Positions 24,332 through 34,099 of a stretch of DNA of 64,000 bases are shown here, piece after piece. A program made the position numbers and the translations under genes. The stretch is taken from contig NW_003314265.1 of NCBI RefSeq assembly GCF_000143415.4, positions 820,405-884,404 of the forward strand. Direction: 5' to 3'. The notes under the pieces were generated by a model. That model was not told where the DNA came from and did no database searches. It worked only from the letters and a program-made list of their open reading frames with translations. Each line of letters begins with the position of its first letter. Position 1 is the stretch's first letter. The DNA comes from Selaginella moellendorffii (lineage: Eukaryota; Plantae; Lycopodiophyta).

Positions 24332-27208
24332 ATGGTGACGAGCAGCAGCGCGGGGCCTCTCAGAAGCGGCTCTGGCGTGACCGCGCAGCAGCCGCAGGCG
24401 CAGTATCTGGTGCTCGCGGTCGAGGCGACGGCGGCGCTAGGCCCGTCGTGGCCGCTGCTGCGATCCGAGTATCTCGACAAGCTCGCCAGGTAATTTCTTG
24501 TTTGTTGGCGAGGATTCTCCTTCCTGATCGGTATTTTAGAGCGTTCTATGGTCAAGATGGGAATGTCCAGGTGAGAATTTATTTTTTCTCTCTCGGTGGT
24601 TCTCTCACGGTCGTGGCTTTCTAGAAGGACAATGGGGCTACTCTGGAGATGGCGCTCGTGGTCTTTCGAGGCCATGATTCCTACAGTGGTAGGCAAAGAC
24701 TTTAGAGAGGTTTATCCATCTATCACAGGCTGCCTGCTCCAGAGAAGTGGCTGGACGCCGAGCTTGGAGCTGTTCCAGCTATGGCTATCGTCCATCGATT
24801 TCTCGGGTGGTGGATTTGGCGAAGTTGCTGTGGCGGAGGGATTAGCGGAAGCTCTTGTGGTAAGCATATATAAGTTTCATTTTGAATAATGAAGCTGAGG
24901 ATTTTGAGCCTTGCAGATGTGTTGTCCCACGACTCAGCCGCCAAGTAACCAGGCATGCCAGAGACATTGTATTTTGGTGCCAGCTTCAAATCCTCACAGG
25001 CTTCAAGCTCCCGTCCCTCATCCGCCTCTAAGCACTGGCGCGGACGCGAAGCCGGACCAGTGGTGGCTTGCGGATGCTGAAACCGTTGCAAGGGCATTCT
25101 CTCAGGTTGCTTTATGCATTTTCTCATAGACGATTGTTTTCTCACATCGTGTTTTCCTTCAGTGCCATATATCTCTTTCAGTTGTTTGTCCGCGGCAGTT
25201 ACCATCGTTAAAGAACCTGTACTCAGTGGTATGCTATTGCTAATTCTTATATGCCTTTCCTTAAGGCTTTTGAGATCAGGCCAAGCAAAATCCTCGAGCT
25301 TCTGACCCTTCGAATGAGATTGCCAAGCACACGCAGCACCTTGTCTTAATCTCCGAGAGCTTTTTGGAGGCCAGGAATTGCTTGCGTCGTGTCATTCAGG
25401 CTCCTGCACTTGCTGCTGTTAGTATGCCACCATCGCCTACAAGTGTAAAAGTTGAGCAGCAAGCTGCTGCTCCTTTGGCGGTGCAGACTACACAACCAGT
25501 ACCTGCAACTGCGGTGCCATCAGTATCCACTGGCACAGGTCTCCTTAATTTTAATTTCGTGAAGGCTTGGCTAACTTCTTTCTTTTGTCTCGCAGTGCCT
25601 ACCAATGGAAGGCAATCACAGATCATGTCAAATGGTAGCATACCCATGTCAACTGTAAAGATTGTAAGAAATTTTTTGTATGTTTCGTTTCTTGCAGGAG
25701 CACGTCTCGACCTCTGGTCCGCTCTCATATGGCTCGCCGCCTATGGTGAACACAAGTATGGCAGCAGTTTCTCTTCCGATACAAAGCTCGGGGGCCACTT
25801 CAGATATGAGCCAAGACGTTCTTCGTCCCCCACTCGCCTCAGACGCATCGACTGCTGTTCAGGACTTTAAGAGCATCAACACTAACCCTTTGCAATCGCA
25901 TCGTCCGGTTCCTGCTGCGAGCGTGCTGAATCAAATCAGGTAGGGAGCAGGCTCAGCAGCGGTATCAAGCATTCTCTCTGCTGGATCTTTAGCAGTGGGA
26001 CAAGTTGGTATGGGGATCACACAACCAGTTAGTCAGCCAGCCAGCATGGCACATGGACTTAGTGGCGATGCAGGTAGTGCAACCCTGGGACCAGTACAAG
26101 GAAATGCAAATACTAGCAGCATTCTGCCGTCGAATGCTCCTGCGGGGATGATGCAACCAGCTAGTATGCCAAGTGGCTTACCTCCGGTGGCGAGCACGGT
26201 TGGAATGGCCCAGAGTTTGCAAGCTGCAAATCCTCTCGTGGTTGCCAGAGCGTCCAGGGTGCCGGACTTGGAATGCCGCATAGATCGATAGCAGCACCGA
26301 GCAACTCTGTTGGGAGCGCTCCGAATGCTGGTGTGATGCTTCCGATGTCTCAGCCTGGTCAGAATCCAGCAACTGGCAACGCTGGAGTATCTCATCTAGT
26401 CTCGAATGGTGTTGCCACTACACCACCGCAGCAGCCTGCGAATACAAAGTACACGAAGCTCTGGCAGGTGCTGGTTTTGACTTTGTGTTGCTTCTCCTTT
26501 CTCAAAATTGGTGTGACAGGGGACATTGGCAGGCCAGAGGCATGGAAAGCCAGTTCAAATCTGTAGCTTGGAGGTGAAAAGTCTCGATATCTGGATACGA
26601 ATGCACATGAATTTCATCTCTATTTTTTTTATGGCAGGGATACCGGCAAACCTCGTCTCCTGAAACGTACGTATTTACTTATGGAAATTAACATGTGACC
26701 ATGCGTTGCAGGTTGGCTACCGATTGGCCGCTGACAATGCAGATAGTGCGTTTAATTACACGGGACTACATGAGCAAGTATGGAACGGGAACTTTATTTT
26801 CATCTGTTGTTATTGATTTTTCTTTTCCTTCCTTTCAGCAGGAAGGAAAGGCCGAGCTTCTGGTTTTCAGGCCACTAAATCAACATGGATTCCTCCAGCA
26901 GCTCGCAGATAAAAAACTGGTACATATAGAAAAAAAATTCTTCTCCAGGGCAACTGATTTTCCTTGTTTTACTTCCAGTGTGCTGTCATTTAGCTCCCCT
27001 CGCAGACGTTGCTGCTTGCCAGCGCTGATAAACCACAGCGAATGATTGGAATGCTGTTTCCAGAGGTAAGCACATCTTTCTCAAAGCCTGTGAGGTGTTC
27101 GTGACCGCACAACAGAGCAAACCTCCGCAGATGATGCCGGGTGGATCTCAAATGCCCATGGTCGGCTCTGGTGGCACACAAATTCCAGGACAAAGTTACC
27201 TCCTCTAG
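24332..27208 (+). pseudogene. MED25: Mediator subunit 25 (PFT1) pseudogene
   Basis: vWA exons (LVLAVEATAALGPSW...YLDKL; QRSGWT; RHCILV.ASNP) and ACID exons (KYTKLWQG; DWPLTMQIVRLI; LLVFRPLNQHGFL; LPSQTLLL). In-frame TAG at 25941 and 26991, frameshifts near 26236 and 26539, Q-rich region absent. Confidence 0.82.
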
Positions 27209-27341
27209 ATTGTAAGGTTTGGTTTGATGGACGGATTGGAGAAAAGTTCTCGAGTCGTCTTAGAAGGTGGCATGTTAAGAGTCTCATGCTTCAATAACAC
27301 TTTATACTACTCGAGTCACAAAAGATGTCCACGCTTCTGTT

Positions 27342-28690
27342 ATGGTGGCGATCACTACCTCGTCACAATCACTCCATCTCGATTGCTGCTATACCGCTGT
27401 TGACAAGTGCTGGCCAGATCCCCAAGCGTGGAACTCGGCAATCTACCTTGCCATGATCATAGTCGTGCTGATCGCGAGCGTCAGCTTGTGCCTGGAGGCG
27501 AAGCTCACGGTGGACGTGGGAGTGAGTCGTGACTTTGGCTACGTAGATTGGAACCGCGCCTTGCGAGCAGGGAGGCGATCAAGCAGCGCTCGCTGGTTCC
27601 GCTTGCTTCCCAGTTCGTGGCAGGCAGAAGGGAAAGCTCCATTTCTCTTGCGCTTGCTTGCAGGCTTGTTTGCTGTAGTGGGCCTACGGCCACCTCAAGA
27701 ACATCACCTTCCACGACAGCTTCGTTCCAGATCGATGCCTCGAGGAGCTCTACTCGCAGACCTTCAGACCTTCGAGCGGAAGGCCTCCTACGTGGGAGCT
27801 GCTAGAGGATACACCCAAGCCGCGGGGCGCAGCCCAATCTCTCCGGCTTTCGGCCTCTCGGCGGACAACTTTCTCTAGTACGGGGTAGAGCTCGCGGCCG
27901 AACGAGTGCCGGAATCTCTTCTGGGCACTCCGGGGCGGCCGGTGAGGAGTGGTGGTGGCGGCGACGCTCAAGACCCATTCCGAGCTTCCTCTCGGCGGTG
28001 TACAATATCACCGCCAAGAACGAGCTCAGATGAGTCGGACCACTTCTTCCGACCTTCCAGAGGTCGCTGGAGCCATTGTTGACTCTCGTCCGCCGGGGCT
28101 TGACCTGGTCAGCGTCTCATTGACCACATTTTCTTCCTTCGAGGAGTGGCAGGGTCGTTGGGAGCCTTTCTCCGGCTTCCAGGCTGATCCCGCGAGAGAC
28201 CCACTGGAGCTGCTCTTGTCGCCGGTGGCGCGCCCCCGAGACAATGCCGTGAATCCAGCATGTCTCTGGCAGGTCATTCCCTCGACGAGCTGGGCCGAGG
28301 ATGTCACAGGCTGTCCGGGATGAAGCTGCGAGAGATCTCACAAGTGCAAACAAGCTGCTAGCGCCTTATATGACAAACTGGGAGCAGTCGCTTGTTTGGA
28401 GAGCACTATCCACGGCTGTATGGTGTGTCATCACTTCTGCGCATCGAAATCTCCGCTGCTGGAGCTTCTGTTTCTCAAGATCTTTTAAGCAGGTTTGCGA
28501 GGCAGTGGAACAGGATCCTGTCGAGAACCGTATTGAGGAGAAAGAGGCTCCAATGAAGCCCCGGGCATCGCCATACGTCCTCGCAAACGCCAGCTCCCAC
28601 GATAGTGCAGTGTTCGCCGCCAAGACGACGCTGTCGCGGTTCCGAGTCGAGCTCCAACGCCGCCGCGACACCAACTTCCCCGGCCAGATT
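27342..28690 (+). pseudogene. Unidentified decayed gene remnant
   Basis: Chain of GC-rich + strand ORF pieces in shifting frames, with a hydrophobic N-terminal segment (IYLAMIIVVLIASVSLCL). Family not recognised. Confidence 0.3.
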
Positions 28691-30645
28691 TATGGAGAGA
28701 AAAGGAGCTCACTCCTGTTCACTCCCTCCGTCAGGTTCAGCGACCGGCTGTCCTGCCAACCATCGCAAGCATAATTTCCGACCATCTTTGCATCGTCCGA
28801 GGACAACCACACATTGTAGAAGATGACTTCCTCCTTCGCATGCGACGGTTTGAAGTCCTTGACAGCAGGCCGTCCGTCCAGGATAAAGTTGAGCATGTAG
28901 ACCACACAGGAGTGCATCTTCGCATACATCTCGGATTTCTCCCAGTGCTCTTCCAAGCTTTTTAGAGTTCCTTGCCTCAGAAGCTCTAACGCAAACCATC
29001 TGTTCCTGACACCGTCTTTGACAAATATATCCAAGCGACTCCTCTTATTGTCTTTCGTTTTTGGCTCCGGTATCACAATCCAGTTCTGATGGGGATACGC
29101 TCCCAACAAAACTGCCTTCAGCTTGACAAACATTTCGAACTGGATACTGTACTCCGAAGCAAGCGAATCCTCATTCTGTGACTCCGCTCTTTCAAAAATG
29201 CTCCGGTCCAGCCTTTCAATGGTCCTGCTGATCACCCAAGCGTGATCCAACCTTGGTGGACGTGGACCTGCTTCCACGCTATGGCTTAGACGAACATAAA
29301 GACCATAGAGTAGAGTCGACATGAGAAGCAGAGACGAGAACTTCAAGTCACATAGCACGCCATCCGGATTCGTATCAACCACCACACCTTCAGACAGCAG
29401 AAGTTCCACAGTTTCATCGTAGGGGACTTTGACGTTGCCACCGGCTCTCAATAGCAACAAGAGCAGCTCCTTTCCACGGGGCTCAAGAGCCTTGCAGGTG
29501 GAGATAATAGCATAGTACGTAGCCTTGACGAAAATCTTGCCAATGAGTTTGTCCTTGCGCAGTTGCAACCACATTTCAAGAGTCCTCGTGCTCTTGTCGA
29601 TGAACTCTCGGTGCAGCAAGTCACAGCATGCGCCTACCAGTCCCTTGTGTCCCGACGTCAATTCCAGCATCGATGCAGCTATAGCTTCCCTGTCAACTGA
29701 GATGAATGTATCCTTCTCGTACTGCCACAGCAACAACTCTATGTCTGACAGTGTAAAGCCGGTGGAAGCCATTCGGAACTCGTCCGAAAACGGAGAGTTT
29801 TCACCGCCCGGCGAGGGAAGATAGAAACCGGGAGGAGCCCCTTGGATTCTCTTTCGACGGGCAAGTTTCAGCTCCAACAGCAACGAATCTGTGCCAATAG
29901 CTAAGACCGAGAGCAGCCGATTCTTGTGCCGGTCCTGCTTCAAGTTCCGCACTGTGGCGAGAAACGATTGCTTGAAATCTTCAGACAGCTTCGAAAAAAC
30001 GTTCAACTCGTCAAAGATGAGAATCACCGGCCTGTCGTCTTTCCCTTGACCCTTTCTGAACATGCTCATAAACTTACTGGAGCCGAAAGTCATAGTTGGA
30101 TCCGGCTCAAGGTCCCCACTCGAACGCAGAAACTCCACAACCATGTCCCAGCGATCGCTATCAGTAAACTGTGGATCTACAATCTGCCGCGGAAAACTCA
30201 CGTAGATGCTGCAGAACTTCTCTTCTAGAAGGCGCCGTACATAAAGAGCCGTTGTCGTTTTTCCACTCTGCCTCACGCCGGTGAGAACACAGTACTTGCC
30301 TTGCTCTAGATCGATGGCAAGTGTGCTCACGTCAGGCTTGACATAGTAATTGAGAATCTCGTCACAGCCATTTGCGGGAGCAAACGATTTTGTCCCCTTA
30401 GGCAGCGACCTCTTGAGCTCTCTACTGAAATCTTCTTCTGAACCTGCCCTCTCTCTCTTAAGAGAATGCTGGGGTCTAAAACCTTCTGATCGCACACTAC
30501 TTCTACTGCTACTTGCATAACGTGTATGCTCGTAATCGTCGCCATACTGATCACCGCGAGAACGGCTGTGCCCGGAATGACGATGATCTTCTCTGTGCCG
30601 CGAAACCCTGTCTCTGTCACCTCTCAGCTCATACTGCCCTGCCAT
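28690..30645 (-). CDS. Intronless P-loop AAA-type NTPase with C-terminal PD-(D/E)xK-like nuclease domain
   Basis: 651-aa single ORF. Walker A GVRQSGKTT, Walker B ILIFDE, SPF and LTSGHKGLV motifs typical of AAA_35/STAND-like NTPases. C-terminal E...PE...RLDIFV...FALELL resembles a restriction-endonuclease fold. Confidence 0.78.
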   Translation of the reverse strand: MAGQYELRGDRDRVSRHREDHRHSGHSRSRGDQYGDDYEHTRYASSSRSSVRSEGFRPQHSLKRERAGSEEDFSRELKRSLPKGTKSFAPANGCDEILNYYVKPDVSTLAIDLEQGKYCVLTGVRQSGKTTTALYVRRLLEEKFCSIYVSFPRQIVDPQFTDSDRWDMVVEFLRSSGDLEPDPTMTFGSSKFMSMFRKGQGKDDRPVILIFDELNVFSKLSEDFKQSFLATVRNLKQDRHKNRLLSVLAIGTDSLLLELKLARRKRIQGAPPGFYLPSPGGENSPFSDEFRMASTGFTLSDIELLLWQYEKDTFISVDREAIAASMLELTSGHKGLVGACCDLLHREFIDKSTRTLEMWLQLRKDKLIGKIFVKATYYAIISTCKALEPRGKELLLLLLRAGGNVKVPYDETVELLLSEGVVVDTNPDGVLCDLKFSSLLLMSTLLYGLYVRLSHSVEAGPRPPRLDHAWVISRTIERLDRSIFERAESQNEDSLASEYSIQFEMFVKLKAVLLGAYPHQNWIVIPEPKTKDNKRSRLDIFVKDGVRNRWFALELLRQGTLKSLEEHWEKSEMYAKMHSCVVYMLNFILDGRPAVKDFKPSHAKEEVIFYNVWLSSDDAKMVGNYACDGWQDSRSLNLTEGVNRSELLFSP

Positions 30646-30951
30646 ACCCTCCCTAACCCTATGTTGAAATTTCAGGTATATCTTGGGATATTTCTACTTT
30701 CCCACAGATTTGTATCCTCGATTTTCCGATGCTGTGAATAAGTCAGGAAATAATAAACGATAGATATTCTCCCTCACCATACGCATACCTTGTCATGAAA
30801 TTTTTATAATTAAACTAGAAGGTGATCTCAAACAAAAGATCATCACACACATTTTACATCCTCGACTCCAAAGATAACAGACATACCTTCTTCCTCTAGC
30901 CACCTACCTTGGAGCGCAGTGGGAGGAAGACATTTCTTCTAGGGTTAGAGT

Positions 30952-32200
30952 CATGGAGCCGTGAGAGCGCTAGCAAGCCGATCGCGGGGCACTGGATGAC
31001 GCATTTCAAGTTCACGGCAGGTGATATTTCGAGTCTTTGTCCCTTGATCGCTCGAAGAATAAGCGTGCGTCAAGAGTAACCTGGAAATCGCGGTTTGTAT
31101 TTCCGATTCCCATTCTCGACAACGGCATCTTGTTTCGTAGAATTCCAAGCTTGCCAAGGCGGAGCAGCTACAGTAGCATTGAATGTAAGATCTCCAACGA
31201 GAATGCCATGCTGAAAGTAAAGCACAGCGAAGACACAAAGCTTTGGAATAGTGTGGAGGCCAAAGTCTTGTCGGCCAGCGCCTTCTTTGAGAATCACAAA
31301 GACTCTACACTCTCTTGAAAATCAAGTCTATGTCCTTTCATCGTTTTGAAACCATTTTGTTCTAATTTATGTGAACTAGCTGATGGTCTTTTCATACTGC
31401 TTTTTTTTTTTCTTACAGGCGATGCTTGAGATTAAATGCCATGAGGTGAGCAAAAACACATGAGTTCTCTCGAAATGTTCTGAGAAGTTTATCATCTTTC
31501 TTCTCTTTCACACAGGCAAAACATGGAGCACCAATGTACATATCCAAGACATCACGCTAGTCTCTTTGATGGAAGCCTTCATAATTCTTGGCATTTTGGT
31601 GAGCAAGCCAGAACCTTCTTTCATGTTTTAAATCACTCTTTGCAGCTTGGATATCTAGTGGGCAGCATAGAAATCTCTTCTTCCGCAAAGAGACGAGTTG
31701 AGAGGCCGTCAATGCCACGTTACTTGAGACAAGCGGCAGTGAAAGGCTCAAAAAGAAAAAGTCAAAGAGCTGAAATCCAGATGATTACACTTGCTTGTAA
31801 AGTACCTCAACAATCCCTCAAACTTCTTCTCTATCTCCTAGGATTTCTGTCACTAAGGATCACAATAAGTCTCTTTTCATGCTTCAATCTATCCTTTTCA
31901 GGCTTACATTGTACATCAATCTATCCTTCTCATGAGCCCCATTTACAAGTCCATCAAGGCACTGTGGCATGAACATCATTGAGTCCGAATGAGTACCAAA
32001 ACACCATTTGTGGCTGCCATCCCACAGGAGTTTCTTCTTCATGTAAGCTTCAGCTCAAAAGAAACTCTCATTTCTTTACTTCTTTTGTCCGTACAGATGA
32101 TACAACATTGTAGCACCAAAGCTAACAAGGATGGTCCTACATTTTACACTCCCACAAAATTTAAGTCTCTAGCCAGAGTAAGTATTTGTCAGGGATGATC
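30952..32200 (+). pseudogene. Spliced-looking gene remnant, unidentified
   Basis: TAGGGTT upstream of ATG 30952 and several AG/GT-bounded mini-exons that contain stops. No family recognised. Confidence 0.25.
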
Positions 32201-32646
32201 TCAAGTGAAACGAACTAGATCAAGAGAGTTTCCTTTCAAAGAGAATTTTTCTTTCAAAGCTGAACTAATAGGATTTTCATGAAAACTCACAGGTTGGTCT
32301 CATTGGAGTGAATTGCTACTCCAAAGATCTCTGGCTCTCTTGGTGTCACTGTGTTCCACTTTTTCTTGCTGGACACACTATCACTGTAAATTTTCTGTCA
32401 AGTATCACCACACTTAGTTTTTTTTCTTCAGTGCACCGCAGTGCTCACCCAACCCACCACTGCACGCCCACCCAGCACCGAACTGCACCACCTACCACTG
32501 CCCGCGCCACCACCGCCCATGCCGCCCACCACGCCGCCACCACCCACCGACCACCGGAAACTAACTATTTTGTAAAAAAAGGCTCATGACCAGGGAAACT
32601 ATCTATTCTTCCAGCCCTCGCTCTTGACTTTCTCAAAGCGGGATTA

Positions 32647-33797
32647 TTACTCCTTTATCACCTCTTGGTCTTGGAACTTTGCCTGGTCTTGTAGATCACG
32701 GATCTTCTCCTGGAGAAACAGCTTCTGGGCTTCGAGCTTCTGGATCTCATCCTGCAGCGACAACCTTATATTCTCCAAGAATGCAATCAAAAACTTGATC
32801 TGACCTTGTACTTCTCCAGCTCCTCGTTCGCTTCTACAAATGCCTCCCACACAGCTTCCTCGGACGAAGGGAAGTGGACTCTCTGGCTTTGAGATATGAG
32901 CAAGGCTCGCGCACCGGCGCTGGTCAGCTGCTGCTCGAACGCGTCCATCTCCTCCTTGGGCCGCAAGAGGCACAGATAGACGGGCCATGCGAATCGCGTC
33001 CAAAAGGGGAAGAAGACGAGGCAGACCTGTGAGACTGTCAAGAGGCATCTGCCAGAAACAAGACGGCTCACACTCGTCAGATACGAAAAGACATACACCA
33101 CGAGTATGGCGATGAACAAGGCCAGATAGTCGAAGGTGTCCATGTACTCAGCAGCCAGCAACGGATCCTGCTGGTGTTGCAACCTCCACATGACGACGGT
33201 GGCAAAGAGCCAATATGGAAGGTAAACCAAAAATCTGACGATCTGCCAGTTCCTGTTGATCCTGCAGTAGTGTATGCTATAGCCAGATATTCCAAATTCA
33301 ATCAACAAGCGTTAAGTCGGAGAGTCTGAAACAAGAAAAGCTTTTGCTTACCCTCCATTCTCCATATTGAAGTTACTGAAGATGGCAACGGTTGACATGC
33401 CCACGATGGGAACAAGACAGATGCCCGCAAAAGCGTAGTACTCCCAGCGCCATCTCTTGACGTTGTGGCTGAGCTCGTACATGCGGCGGAGCCGAAAAGC
33501 GGTGAACATGAACCAGAAGCAGAAGCAGAATCCTTGCAGCCAAAACAGCCAGAGCTTGCAGCTTTGCAATGGCCCGACTGTGCTGAAGTGCCCATTGTTA
33601 ACAAACACCGTTGCTATCCAAGCCAGCCCAGCCACGGAGCTAATGAGTATGAAGTGAATCCCACCCTGGGCAAGAAAGTAGGAGCGCTGGCGATGGACAA
33701 AGAGCACGCCATTTGCTATGGTGAAGGGTATTGTGGCGGCAATGCCAAAGCCTAGGAGGATGTAATCTATAGTAGAATCTGGGCGATTGGTGACCAT
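32647..33797 (-). CDS. Predicted seven-transmembrane protein (RGS1-like TM region) with C-terminal coiled coil and no RGS box
   Basis: Exons 33797-33352, 33276-32805 and 32751-32647 join in frame (340 aa). About seven hydrophobic segments; SCKLWLFWLQG...RLRRMY recalls the 7TM-RGS TM3 motif. Heptad tail EANEELEKYKDEIQKLEAQKLFLQEKIRDLQ. Confidence 0.7.
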
Positions 33798-33867
33798 CTC
33801 TTCCCAGTGCCCCAGTGATCAATTGATTTCTTGGCCAAGCTCGATCAATCCTTCAAGCTACAACCAC

Positions 33868-34051
33868 TGGAAACTTTCAAACTCCAGTGTAGCTAGAAGA
33901 ACTAAAAGCAAGTGGTGAAAACTTTCAAAGTCTAGAAGAACGTGGACACTTTCAAAGTCCTTAGAAGAATTAAAAGCAAATAGAACAAACCTAGTCAAAG
34001 TTTTGCTTGCTTTTAGTTCTTCTAGTTACATTGGACTTTGAAAGTTTTCCA
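33868..34051. repeat. About 45-bp imperfect inverted repeat enclosing partial direct copies (fold-back/MITE-like)
   Basis: 33868-33912 TGGAAACTTTCAAACTCCAGTGTAGCTAGAAGAACTAAAAGCAAG is a near reverse complement of 34006-34051. Confidence 0.85.
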
Positions 34052-34099
34052 TGGCACGTAGAAATGATGGATCACTTGATAATTTTCTTAGTCTTTATC

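Noticed and set aside
25941-26993. U-to-C RNA editing or readthrough rescuing the MED25 stops
   Set aside because: Such editing is organellar, and frameshifts are present as well.
28690-30645. Classical NB-ARC NLR or bacterial contamination
   Set aside because: No GLPL/MHD motifs, LRR, TIR or CC domain; the flanks are contiguous with spliced plant genes.
33868-34051. CRISPR-like repeat array
   Set aside because: Eukaryotic context, irregular spacing, inverted arms and no cas genes.
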